Assembly: GCA_041746575.1 (NCBI GenBank)
Contig: JBGTGT010000039.1
Span: 1-17,235, forward strand
Direction: 5' to 3'
DNA from: Microcystaceae cyanobacterium
Lineage (GTDB): Bacteria; Cyanobacteriota; Cyanobacteriia; Cyanobacteriales; Microcystaceae
DNA length: 17,235 bases
The notes under the pieces are model-generated. The model was not told the origin of the DNA. It saw only the letters and a program-made list of their open reading frames with translations, and did not search any database. The translations under genes and the position numbers were made by a program. How positions within the stretch are numbered: the stretch's first letter is position 1; each line of letters begins with the position of its first letter. Positions 1 to 9,957 of this stretch are shown one piece after another.

Positions 1-140
1 GACCATAAGAAACTCTGCTTAAATTAAAGTAGGGAAGCTGTATTTTGCCAAAACTTAGATAAGTATAGTATCTTTTTTATGTGAATTTTTTAGACATAAA
101 TATAATGATATGTCAAGTTAATTTAGATGCGTTTACCCTG
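1..140. mobile_element. Probable terminal part of an ISAs1-family insertion sequence; element continues beyond the left edge
   Basis: The minus strand from 140 reads CAGGGTAAACGCATCTAAATTAACTTGACA. CAGGG is the characteristic ISAs1-family terminus. It coincides with the point where the sensor ORF leaves PAS-like sequence and stops. No transposase is visible in the window. Confidence 0.6.
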
Positions 141-2291
141 ACCATCTAAGTATATTCTAAAAAGTAAATCAGGGAAAGCTTGAAAAATAGCTTCCATTTC
201 CTCATTGCGTCGTTTTAATTCTGTTTCTGCTTGTTTACGTTGAGTAATATCTTTGATTTGTCCGATAAAATAGAGAGGGTTTCCGTCTTTATCTTTAACC
301 AACGAAACACAGACAAAGCTATAGATAAGATAACCTTCTTTATGAAGATAGCGTTTTTCTAGCTGAAAAGAGTGAATTTTGCCCAATAGTAATTGTTTAA
401 GGTAATGGATAGTCGTATCTAAATCATCGGGATGGGTAATATTTTGAAAGGTTAAAGCGCATAATTCTTGCTCAGAATAACCCAAAATTCCACATAAAGC
501 ACGATTGACCTGAACAAGTTGACCTTTTATTGTAGTAATGACCATGCCAATGGGCGCATCCTCAAAAGAACGACGAAAACGTTCCTCGCTCTCTTGTAAA
601 ATTCGAGTTTGTTGGTGAATTTGTTGTTCTAATTCTAATTGATAATTATCCCGTAATTTGCTCATTGTTTTTCGTTCACTAATATCTACAAACGTATTAA
701 TTACATAACCCATTTCTCTTTTTAAATTTAAAATTGGAATCGTTCGCACTTCTAAAGGAATAGTTGAACCATTTTCCTGACGAATTTCTAGATCTTCTCT
801 TATTAATATTTCGCGACTTAGTTCTTTAAAAACTGATAATTTTTGAGGAGAATATAATTGATCAGAATCGGTTTGATAAATATGATAAACGGTTGATAAA
901 TCTTCAAGTTTCAAATCAGGAATCATGCCCTTACCTAATGTAGTTTGTCCTGCTTGATTGATAAATAAGACCCGGTTATTTTTCTCAATAATAAAAATAC
1001 CAATCGGCAGATTATCTAAAAAAGCATGAAGTTGATTTTTATTTTCTTCGATGGTGCGAAATGCCGTTTTTAATTGCTGAGTCATGTCTGCAAAAGATAA
1101 CGCTAATTCGCCAATTTCATCCGTGCGATTGAATGTAAGGGAATGTTCCCAATCTCCCCTTGCTAAGTTTTTCGCTGCTTTATTTAATTGTAAAATAGGA
1201 CGAGTAATCCAGCGTGCTGTTAAAACGCCTATTATAAGAGATAGGGCAGAAGCCGAGAAAATTATTAACGCATTAAGTTGATTACTTTTATCTATTTCTG
1301 ATCTAAAATTAGCCGATGGAATCAGAGTAACGATTAACCCATTTAAGCCATATTTATCTTGATAATTTACTGTTTTTACCCAATAATTTTTTGTTTGAAA
1401 GGTAAGTGATTTTAAAGCTAAATTTGTTCGATAATCATGAGTAGAAAAAATAGATTGAGAGACAAATTTAATCAGTGAATCCGAACTTTCTGAAGCCAAC
1501 CGTCTTTTAGCTTCCCCTTTTTTAATAACATAGAGCGGAGAAGATTGAGAATTTCCAATTAAATACCCTTCTCGATCTACCATAAAAATAATTCCTGAAT
1601 AGTCGTGAGCGATATTCGCTAAAAATCGATTAATTGATTTTAAGGAAATATCAACCCCTAGAAGGCCAACTAATTGTTTATTAGCGGTATAAACAGGGGC
1701 ATTAAAACGAATACCCATTTGAGTCAAATCATCTGTTTGCTGATAGACTGAACTCCATCCTGCCTTATTGTTTTTAAGGATTTCTGTAAATCGAACGGCG
1801 TCCAATGGATTATCCTCGTCATAAATATTCAATAAATGATGACGATGCCCTTGGCTATCAGGTGCATAGGCATAAAGCTTATTTAAATTTAATTTTGACC
1901 GTTCAGTAATTTCTAATTGGTTTTTAAAATAGCCTACACCAACATATTCATTTTCGATTGTTCTTAAACGAAGATATTCTAAATTATGATTTTTTAGCAA
2001 ATGCCAAAAATAATGACCTAACTTCTCAGAATTTTGCCAATCAATTAATTGGTTTTCAAAAAGACTCACATTATCTTCCACCATTTTTTGAGCAGAACTT
2101 AAGTAGGTATTCAACTCCTGTTTCACATTATCATTAATTTCTTGTATGAGAGGATTGGCTAACCTTTCAATTGTTTTTTCACTGCTTCGGCGACAAAAAT
2201 ATCCGACGAGCGCTACTGTTCCTACAATTTGTAAAACAAAAGGAACAATTAAAAAGACTCTAAGCGGAATAGGCTTAAGATATTTTTTCAT
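123..2291 (-). pseudogene. Membrane sensor (TM-dCache-TM-HAMP-PAS-PAS-partial PAS), C-terminally truncated; likely the 5' part of a histidine kinase or GGDEF/EAL protein
   Basis: TM ~aa12-32; Cache-like periplasmic region (APVY..LVGLLGVDISL, FMVDREGYLIG); TM2 ~aa341-362; HAMP (ITRPILQL..DEIGELALSFADM); two PAS/PAC units (DISERK; FEDAPIGM..THPDD..DITQRK). A third PAS starts (FQAFPDLLFRI) and then ends abruptly in QGKRI-stop. No output domain. Confidence 0.75.
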
Positions 2292-2343
2292 AAAATAAAC
2301 TGATCGTTTATGATTCGTTTTCTCGATTGGCCTTAAATTCGGT

Positions 2344-2349
2344 TATAAT
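2344..2349 (+). promoter_or_regulatory. Putative -10 box for the RDD gene
   Basis: Perfect TATAAT 33 nt upstream of the ATG at 2383; no clear -35. Confidence 0.45.
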
Positions 2350-2382
2350 TGATAGTTAATCCTTAAGTATTTAGCTTTTAAA

Positions 2383-2925
2383 ATGTATTTAAAAGGTGAC
2401 GATCAATCGCCGCGACAGTATCCTAAAGTTCCTTTAGAGCGACGAGCTTATGCGTTTTTACTCGATTTTGTGACTGTTTGGTTAACTAGCTCTTTCTTTA
2501 GCGGAATGAGTCAAGTTTTCGTTTTTTTAATCGCATGGTTTGCCTTAAGAGTGGTATTAGTAGAAAAAAATCAGGGTCAAAGTCTAGGCAGATGGGCATT
2601 TGATATGCGAATCATCGACCTTCGTTACAATTTTACCCCCGGTTTAGCAGCATTATCAAAAAGAGAAGCAATTCTGGGTTTGTGCGCCCTTTTAGCGATG
2701 ATTGGCTTAAATATAAATCTAAAAAACCCCCTTTCTCTTTTAATTTTAATCACTCCTCTTTTAATTGATTGTGGCATGGCTTTAGGGGATGAACAATCAT
2801 TTTTGGCGTTTCATGATCGTATGGCGCAAACCGTCATTATTCAAAGCCGTCGCGGATTTTCGCTTGATTTACGTCTCAAAAAACTGTGGTATGTTGCGAA
2901 ACGCAAACTACAGCGACGAAAGTAA
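2383..2925 (+). CDS. RDD family membrane protein
   Basis: RRAYAFLLD, GQSLGRW and FHDRMAQT motifs with intervening hydrophobic helices. Confidence 0.9.
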   Translation: MYLKGDDQSPRQYPKVPLERRAYAFLLDFVTVWLTSSFFSGMSQVFVFLIAWFALRVVLVEKNQGQSLGRWAFDMRIIDLRYNFTPGLAALSKREAILGLCALLAMIGLNINLKNPLSLLILITPLLIDCGMALGDEQSFLAFHDRMAQTVIIQSRRGFSLDLRLKKLWYVAKRKLQRRK

Positions 2926-3279
2926 TATCTCTGCTTACTTTTAATTTTTAGATTTATTTTGCTGTGAATCGCAAAAAGCGTCTCCAGCATTGGAAATGAC
3001 CTATTTTATTAAAAACGAAGACCCTCATTACACAGTAAAGGTCGAATGAGTTTTTGAGCAGAATAATGTTTTCGCACCAAAACCCGATATTCTACTAAAT
3101 AGGTGGGTCAAATTAATGATGAAAAAGGTTTGATCACAGAGTGGGGAATGTGAGAAATGGGAAATAACCTATCCTCCTCCTTTGCCCCTCATTTTTCAAG
3201 TCTCGCCTTTACTTTAAGTTAATGATTATCCATCTCCTTTTATTGGCCATCTCACCCATCCCATCAGCAGACGATCATA

Positions 3280-4632
3280 ATGCAGTTTAACAAAATTCTC
3301 ATTGCCAATCGCGGGGAAATTGCCCTGAGAATCATCCATACTTGTGAAGAAATGGGAATTGCTACTGTTGCGGTTCATTCCACCGTTGACCGCCATGCTC
3401 TTCACGTTCAACTTGCCAATGAGCGGGTTTGTATTGGCTTGCCTCCTAGTAGTCAAAGTTATCTTAATATTCCCAATATTATTGCGGCCGCTTTAACCCG
3501 TAATGCCAACGCCATTCATCCGGGCTACGGATTTTTAGCAGAAAATGCCAGTTTTGCCGAAATTTGCGCCGATCATCAGATTACCTTCATCGGGCCTTCT
3601 CCCGATTCGATTCGAGCAATGGGAGATAAATCCACCGCCAAAAAAAACATGCAACGGGCAAATATTCCTACTATTCCGGGGAGTCCGGGCTTATTAGAAG
3701 ATGAAGCCACTGCCAAGGCGATCGCCGCAGAAATGGGTTACCCTGTCATTATTAAAGCCACCGCCGGAGGAGGAGGACGAGGAATGCGTTTGGTGGAAAA
3801 CGAAAATGACTTCTCCCGTCTCTTCCAAGCCGCCCAAGGGGAAGCCGGTGCCGCCTTTGGTAATCCGGGGGTTTATTTGGAGAAATTTATCGAAAAACCC
3901 CGACATATTGAAATTCAAATCCTCGCTGATCAATACGGCAATATCATTCATTTGGGAGAGAGAGATTGTTCCATTCAACGCAGACATCAGAAACTTCTCG
4001 AAGAATCGCCAAGCCCTTTTGTTACGCCAAAATTACGTCTAAAAATGGGAGAAGCGGCCGTTAAAGCGGCAAAATCCATTGGTTACGTCGGAGCAGGAAC
4101 GATAGAATTTTTAGTCGACCAGACGGGTAATTTTTATTTTATGGAGATGAATACCCGCATTCAAGTGGAACACCCTGTTACTGAGATGATTACGGGCTTA
4201 GACCTCATTCGGGAGCAAATTCGCATCGCTCAAGGAGAAAAACTCGAAATTCGCCAAAATCAAGTCCACCTGAATGGTCATGCGATCGAATGTCGCATTA
4301 ATGCTGAAGATCCGGCCTATAATTTTCGTCCTCATCCTGGCAAAATTAGTGCTTATTTGCCTCCCGGTGGGCCAGGGGTCAGAATGGATTCCCATGTCTA
4401 TACGGATTACGAAATTCCTCCCTATTATGATTCCTTGATTGGTAAATTAATTGTTTGGGGGCCAGATCGACTCACCGCCATTCAACGGATGAAACGCGCC
4501 CTTCGAGAATGTGCGATTACGGGGATTCCGACCACTTTAGAATTTCATCAAAAAATACTGGAAACACCTGCCTATTTAGCGGGGGATATCTATACCAATT
4601 TTATTACCGAACACTTATTGAATAATTCTTAA
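3280..4632 (+). CDS. accC: Acetyl-CoA carboxylase, biotin carboxylase subunit
   Basis: [70 protein letters not shown]; 450 aa. Confidence 0.97.
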   Translation: MQFNKILIANRGEIALRIIHTCEEMGIATVAVHSTVDRHALHVQLANERVCIGLPPSSQSYLNIPNIIAAALTRNANAIHPGYGFLAENASFAEICADHQITFIGPSPDSIRAMGDKSTAKKNMQRANIPTIPGSPGLLEDEATAKAIAAEMGYPVIIKATAGGGGRGMRLVENENDFSRLFQAAQGEAGAAFGNPGVYLEKFIEKPRHIEIQILADQYGNIIHLGERDCSIQRRHQKLLEESPSPFVTPKLRLKMGEAAVKAAKSIGYVGAGTIEFLVDQTGNFYFMEMNTRIQVEHPVTEMITGLDLIREQIRIAQGEKLEIRQNQVHLNGHAIECRINAEDPAYNFRPHPGKISAYLPPGGPGVRMDSHVYTDYEIPPYYDSLIGKLIVWGPDRLTAIQRMKRALRECAITGIPTTLEFHQKILETPAYLAGDIYTNFITEHLLNNS

Positions 4633-4767
4633 AAAGGTTTATTTAATCAAAGGAAAATTATTTATGGTTATAAAATTAGGGTAAAGAATTGACAATATTG
4701 AGATTGTATTGTACGATCCCCAAACAGATAAAGTCAGGGTATTGATTCATGATGAGGAATTGCCAGA

Positions 4768-5640
4768 ATGAAACATTTGAGCCTAAAAAAAATCCTTTAC
4801 GACTTCAATCCAAACGTCTATGAAAGTTATTATTATTTGACCGAAAAACTGGCTCATAAACTGAACCCATCAAGAGATAAGCACCACTTAGAATATCTTA
4901 ATGCGTCTTATCTCCTTGTATCACCGACAAATTGTGGTCGAACTTGGCTAAGGGTCATGGTCGGTTATTACCTAAAATTAGCTTATAATATTGACAACAT
5001 AGATATTCACTATCTTTATTCTTTCCATGACAAAAATCCGCATATCCCATCCCTAAAATCTTTGCATACTCGCTATAAACAATTTCATGACAGTTATCAA
5101 AATCAAAAAATTATTCTACAGGTTAGGGATCCAAGAGATGCTTTGATTTCTCGATATTACCATCATTTAAGAGATGGAATTATCTTGGCAAAGAATGTTG
5201 ATGATTATATTACTCAGCACGAAGATTTAGAGGGTTATTACATCAAATTGTATAATGACTTTTATAATCATCAAGAAGAGATGGCAGGTTTTTTATTCAT
5301 TCGTTACGAAGATTTAAAAGCGTCAACTCAAGCAGAACTGAGTAAGCTAATTTCTTTTCTAGGTTTAACTCCTAATAATTCTTATATTGAGCAAGCGATT
5401 GAATATGCTTCTTTTGAGAATATGAAAAAGATGGAATTAGAAGGAAGTGCGCTTATTAAAAGTGGGCCAATGTTTGCCCAAAAAATAAACCCCGAGCAAA
5501 CCAATAGTCAACTCTTGAAAGTGAGAAAAGGTCGAGTGGGGGGATATAAAGAGGAGCTTAATGCGACAGCTATTTCTCATCTTAATAATGTGATTAATCA
5601 ACAATTAAATCCGATTTTTGGCTATTGTACAACTCGATAA
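4768..5640 (+). CDS. PAPS-dependent sulfotransferase domain protein
   Basis: 5'-PSB-like loop LLVSPTNCGRTWLR; 3'-PB motif VRDPRDALIS; IRYEDL; SFENMKKME; C-terminal VRKGRVGGY. Confidence 0.88.
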   Translation: MKHLSLKKILYDFNPNVYESYYYLTEKLAHKLNPSRDKHHLEYLNASYLLVSPTNCGRTWLRVMVGYYLKLAYNIDNIDIHYLYSFHDKNPHIPSLKSLHTRYKQFHDSYQNQKIILQVRDPRDALISRYYHHLRDGIILAKNVDDYITQHEDLEGYYIKLYNDFYNHQEEMAGFLFIRYEDLKASTQAELSKLISFLGLTPNNSYIEQAIEYASFENMKKMELEGSALIKSGPMFAQKINPEQTNSQLLKVRKGRVGGYKEELNATAISHLNNVINQQLNPIFGYCTTR

Positions 5641-5760
5641 AACGCTTGCGCAATTCAAAAATGTTGGTGTATCGTTTTTAGGCATTAAAATGATTAAGAT
5701 GATAAATTCGCCTTAACGTTTGGCTTTAGAATGAGGTACGCGATTGAGTATAGGGGGGCA

Positions 5761-5807
5761 AGGCTCGCGCTCAGAGGCGTATGATATTAACTCGCAATTT
5801 GCTATAA
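5761..5807 (+). repeat. Dispersed intergenic repeat, copy A
   Basis: 37/47 ungapped identity to the reverse complement of 11979-12025. Confidence 0.75.
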
Positions 5808-5916
5808 ATGTTCGTGTCTTGGCAAATATCTGGAGGTATGCTAGGCTAATATCCGTTTAGGTCACAATTTTCTCAAGAAAGACCTTATTTACGCTTGGAT
5901 CGCTAGTGCTTAATCA

Positions 5917-7845
5917 ATGAATCAACCCTTAAAAAGCAATTTTCTGGCTATTTCTCGACGTAATGCTTTAAAGTTAATCAGTCTTGGCATAGTAGGAACA
6001 TTATTAGGCTATTCTCGCTTCGCTAAACCCCAACCCTCTCGCTATCAACTTGATAACCTAATTCTTCCCGAAAACCTCAATCAAGCAAAATCGGTCGTTG
6101 TCATCGGTGCAGGGTTAGCCGGATTAGCCTGTGCTTATGAATTAAGCAAAAGAGGTTTTAAGGTCACTTTATTAGAGAAATCACCCCATTTAGGCGGTAA
6201 AATTGCCAGTTGGCCGATTCAAGTGGGAACAGAAAGCTTCCGCATGGAACACGGTTTTCATGGCTTTTTTCCGCAATACTATAATCTTAAGCAAATTGTC
6301 ACAGAATTAGCGATTAATGACAATTTTAAGCCTTTGAACTTTTATTCGCTGGTGTTTCGAGATGACAAATATCACCCTGAAGCGTTCTATCCCAGTCATT
6401 CCGCTTTCCCATGGAATATTTTGGATTTAGGAATTTGGTCACAGAATCGTTTAAAATGGGGAATTAATTTATTGAAACCGTCCCATTGGCAAGTTTTTCG
6501 AGCCATTACAAGCTTTAGAATCCCCAATAGTTACGAGCAACTGGATCACCTTTCGGTAACAGAATGGTCTGAAATTGGCTTCCCTCAAGGATTGTATGAT
6601 CTTTATTTTTTGCCTTTTGCCAAATCTAGTCTAAATGCGCCAGATGTATTGAGTACAGGGGAATTGATGCAATTTTTTCACTTTTACTTCTTCGGAAACC
6701 CTGAAGGTTTAGCATTCAATGGCACAAAAGATGATATGGGAACAAGTTTAGTACGGCCGATCGCTACTGCTATTCAACGTAAGGGAGGAACGATTATTAC
6801 AGAAGCAACCGTAAGTAATATAGCGTATGATGGAGAAAAAATAATAAATTTAACCTATCAACAGGGCAATTCCTATAATCAGGTTCCTTTTACGGTACAA
6901 AAAAATGAACGATTAGGAGACCGTTATTATGGTACAGGTGATCAGGTTTTTTGGGTTAATAAAGCGCAAAAACAAGCATTATCTTTGACCTGTACCCATC
7001 AAGGTTGTACGGTGAGTCAAAAAGCCGACGGAAGCTTTCATTGTCCTTGTCACGGTGCCATTTACAATCAAAAAGGTCAAGTTTTACAAGGGCCGGCATT
7101 ACGAGCGTTAAGTCAATTTACGATTCTCCAAGAAAAGGAAAATGCGATCGAGATTGTACAAAATAAAACAGGGTTTCAGGCAGAAAATTTAATTAAAGCA
7201 GATTATTATGTCATTGCGACGGACGTCATTGGCGCAAAACAGATTTTTCAACGAATTCAAGGGGAAATTCCTCCCCATTTAAGTCAGCAGGTTACTGAAT
7301 TGGCGTCAGCAGATCCTTTTGCGGTGGTACGTTACTGGTTTGATCGGGATTTTGACTGGCAATATAGCGATTTTACATCATTATCGGGATATGCGCTGAC
7401 GGATAGCATTACCCTTTATCATCGTATCCAAACCCAATTTATTGAGTGGTCAAAACGCACAGGCGGCAGTGTTGTTGAGTTACACGCCTATTGCTATAAA
7501 GAGAAGGACTTTCCTAGTCAAGAAGTTTTATTACAAACCTTTGAGCAAGAATTATACGAAATTGTCCCTGAATTGAAGGGAGCAACAATTTTACACCAAG
7601 AACTGGTTAATCGAAAGAATTTTTCTGGCTATCCGCCGAATAGTTACCAAAATCGTCCAGAAACTTGCACTGATGTCGATAATTTAAGACTGGCGGGGGA
7701 TTGGGTTAAAATGCCGTTTCCCTGTGGTTTAATGGAACGGGCAGTCAGCAGTGGACTTTTGGCCGCTAATAGTATCCTACAATCGGAGGGATTGCAACAA
7801 CGTTCTTTATTGACGGTTAGACCAGAAGGATTATTGAAAATTTAG
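5917..7845 (+). CDS. cruE: FAD-dependent carotenoid ring desaturase/methyltransferase with inserted Rieske 2Fe-2S domain (CruE/CrtU type)
   Basis: N-terminal SRRNALK plus hydrophobic helix; [17 protein letters not shown] motif; [13 protein letters not shown]; Rieske boxes CTHQGC and CPCHG; C-terminal [19 protein letters not shown]. This architecture matches cyanobacterial CruE and green-bacterial CrtU. Confidence 0.75.
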   Translation: MNQPLKSNFLAISRRNALKLISLGIVGTLLGYSRFAKPQPSRYQLDNLILPENLNQAKSVVVIGAGLAGLACAYELSKRGFKVTLLEKSPHLGGKIASWPIQVGTESFRMEHGFHGFFPQYYNLKQIVTELAINDNFKPLNFYSLVFRDDKYHPEAFYPSHSAFPWNILDLGIWSQNRLKWGINLLKPSHWQVFRAITSFRIPNSYEQLDHLSVTEWSEIGFPQGLYDLYFLPFAKSSLNAPDVLSTGELMQFFHFYFFGNPEGLAFNGTKDDMGTSLVRPIATAIQRKGGTIITEATVSNIAYDGEKIINLTYQQGNSYNQVPFTVQKNERLGDRYYGTGDQVFWVNKAQKQALSLTCTHQGCTVSQKADGSFHCPCHGAIYNQKGQVLQGPALRALSQFTILQEKENAIEIVQNKTGFQAENLIKADYYVIATDVIGAKQIFQRIQGEIPPHLSQQVTELASADPFAVVRYWFDRDFDWQYSDFTSLSGYALTDSITLYHRIQTQFIEWSKRTGGSVVELHAYCYKEKDFPSQEVLLQTFEQELYEIVPELKGATILHQELVNRKNFSGYPPNSYQNRPETCTDVDNLRLAGDWVKMPFPCGLMERAVSSGLLAANSILQSEGLQQRSLLTVRPEGLLKI

Positions 7846-7962
7846 AGATTTTGTGCCGAAAATTCCCCCAAAATTTAGCTCATCGTAAGTTCGACGAGGG
7901 CAATTATTTCAATCCTTTTGTCTATTCTCATTGGGATTGGGAAAAGAAAAACAAATTCTTGA

Positions 7963-8025
7963 TTGGGGGACTAGCCCCCCAAACCCCCCAGCGGGGGACG
8001 GAGTGCCTCCCCCGCACCCCCTGCA
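7963..8025. repeat. GC-rich double-hairpin / G-tract element between convergent cruE and ycf54
   Basis: Stems TTGGGGG/CCCCCAA (7963-7982) and GCGGGGGA/TCCCCCGC (7991-8015), each followed by an A(1-3) spacer and a C5-6 run. Confidence 0.7.
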
Positions 8026-8154
8026 CAAAAAAATTAAATAGAGAAGTCTCGTAAATTTTTTGATTGTCGATCTCACGTAGCTCAGAGCCATTTTTAATTC
8101 CATAAAGTCTGCTCAAATGGATCTGACATTAACGGATGATTTGCTGTGAATCAA

Positions 8155-8484
8155 TTAAGCGACTGCTTCCAAAGAGGCAAGGGGATTCGGAATTGTGTCA
8201 GAAGGAGCTTCAAATTGACCCACCGCAATGTACTCTAAGCGTAATTTTAGCCACGTGATAAACTGAGGATTCGTTGAAACGATGGCGGCGGCAGGTTGGG
8301 GACATTTAGCTTTAATTTGAGAAAATTCGGGGGCTTCTAAAAAGGTCGGTTGCAGAATTAACCAAAAGTCAATTTCTTTGTTTTGGTCTTTATAATTGCG
8401 TTGACGTTCTTTTAAGACTTCTTCTAAAGGTTCTTCTTCTATTAAAAAGCGTTTACTCGCTAAAGCGTAATGATAAGTGGTCAT
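8155..8484 (-). CDS. ycf54: Ycf54, Mg-protoporphyrin IX monomethyl ester cyclase accessory protein
   Basis: MTTYHYALASKRFLIEEEPLEEVLKER..EIDFWLILQPTFL..FITWLKLRLEY. Start set to the ATG at 8484 (109 aa) rather than the TTG at 8517. Confidence 0.93.
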   Translation of the reverse strand: MTTYHYALASKRFLIEEEPLEEVLKERQRNYKDQNKEIDFWLILQPTFLEAPEFSQIKAKCPQPAAAIVSTNPQFITWLKLRLEYIAVGQFEAPSDTIPNPLASLEAVA

Positions 8485-8516
8485 AATTGCGTTTATGAAT
8501 AAGGTCTGATTTTCCA

Positions 8517-8522
8517 ATTATA
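8517..8522 (-). promoter_or_regulatory. Putative -10 box for ycf54
   Basis: Minus-strand TATAAT 32 nt upstream of ATG 8484; it overlaps the TTG start used by the ORF track. Confidence 0.5.
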
Positions 8523-8621
8523 CCCCTTAGGGTGATGGGGGATGAAGTCGGACGGAAGGCGGGCGGGAAAGTTAGGATGATACACCTCAAAAGGGATTTC
8601 GGGGTCAACAGGCTTTGATTA

Positions 8622-9713
8622 CTAGACATTGAAGCGAAATAATAGTACGTCTCCCTCTTTTACTTCATATTCTTTGCCTTCACTGCGCACCAGTCCTTTT
8701 TCTTTAGCCGCCGTCATACTACCAACTGCTACTAAGTCATTAAAGGCAACCGTTTCAGCACGAATAAATCCCCGCTCAAAATCGGTATGAATAACGCCAG
8801 CCGCTTGAGGAGCTTTCATGCCGGCAATAATTGTCCAAGCGCGGGTTTCTTGAGGGCCTGTGGTTAAATAGGTACGTAACCCTAATAGTTCATAGGTCGC
8901 TTGAATAAGGGATTTTAACCCTCCTTCTGTTACCCCTAACGATTCGAGGAAATCTTGCCGTTCTACGGGGGATAATTCAATTAATTCTGATTCAACTTGC
9001 GCGCTGATAATGACAACCTTTGCTCCTTCTGTTTCTGCTACTTGACGCACTTGTTCAACCCACTGATTCCCTATGGCTAAGTCATCTTCTGACACATTGG
9101 CGGCATAAATAATCGGTTTTCGGGTTAAAAGTCCAAGGGATTTAATCAGTAATTCCTCTTCTTCTGTGAGGTCGATTTGACGCGCTGGCTGACCTTCATT
9201 GAGACAGGGAAGTAACTTTTCTAAAACCTCTAGCTCTGTTTGTGCTTCTTTGCTGTTGCGTGCTTGCTTACGGACGCGTTCGAGGCGTTTTTCTAGTTGA
9301 GTTAAGTCTGCTAAGGCTAATTCGAGGTTAATAATCTCTATATCCCGTACAGGGTTAACCGAACCCGATACATGAATAATATCATCATTATCAAAGCACC
9401 GAACAACCTGTACAATGGCATCCACTTCCCGAATATTGGCTAAGAATTGATTGCCTAATCCTTCCCCCTGACTTGCCCCCTTGACTAACCCTGCAATATC
9501 AACAAATTCAATGCGAGTCGGTACAATTTTGGCAGATTGGGAGATTTTTGCTAGGATATCTAATCTTTCATCGGGGACAGAAACCACTCCCACATTGGGG
9601 TCGATGGTACAAAAGGGAAAATTGGCGGCTTCTGCTTTAGCATTTGCCACTAAAGCATTAAAAAGGGTTGATTTTCCCACATTGGGTAATCCCACGATTC
9701 CGGCTCTTAGCAT
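8622..9713 (-). CDS. ychF: Redox-regulated ATPase YchF (Obg family)
   Basis: GIVGLPNVGKST, ANFPFCTIDPN, DIAGLVKGAS, ANVSE (NxxE G4 variant), C-terminal TGS domain ending FRFNV. Start set to MLRAG at 9713 (363 aa). Confidence 0.97.
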   Translation of the reverse strand: MLRAGIVGLPNVGKSTLFNALVANAKAEAANFPFCTIDPNVGVVSVPDERLDILAKISQSAKIVPTRIEFVDIAGLVKGASQGEGLGNQFLANIREVDAIVQVVRCFDNDDIIHVSGSVNPVRDIEIINLELALADLTQLEKRLERVRKQARNSKEAQTELEVLEKLLPCLNEGQPARQIDLTEEEELLIKSLGLLTRKPIIYAANVSEDDLAIGNQWVEQVRQVAETEGAKVVIISAQVESELIELSPVERQDFLESLGVTEGGLKSLIQATYELLGLRTYLTTGPQETRAWTIIAGMKAPQAAGVIHTDFERGFIRAETVAFNDLVAVGSMTAAKEKGLVRSEGKEYEVKEGDVLLFRFNV

Positions 9714-9914
9714 AATAATTAAATAGACAAAGAAAATGAGCAATGCCATCAACCATTTAATCGTGATTGACTCTTTAATTACTGTAGCAAGAAAGGGCTT
9801 GTTTTCCTTGCGTCCTTGACTCTTCTGTCTCCTTTAAATTTTGCATGATTTATTTCTTCTGCTCCTGCCTGACTTGACAATTTATCTGTTATCCTCGAAC
9901 AGGATCGAGTATCA

Positions 9915-9957
9915 GTAGTTAATGATACCTTTTTCTTTAGAAAAATTGTCCTAGAAT
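9915..9957 (+). promoter_or_regulatory. NtcA-activated class II promoter for cphA2
   Basis: GTAgttaatgaTAC (GTA-N8-TAC, 9915-9928), a 23-nt spacer, then TAGAAT (TA-N3-T, 9952-9957), 58 nt before the ATG at 10016. Confidence 0.75.

Noticed and set aside
7851..8116. Three overlapping 62-67 aa ORFs; one contains HRKFDEG, faintly like an HNH tail
   Set aside because: They are open mainly because the GC-rich repeat lacks stops. The HNH resemblance lacks the upstream Cys/His/Asn residues.
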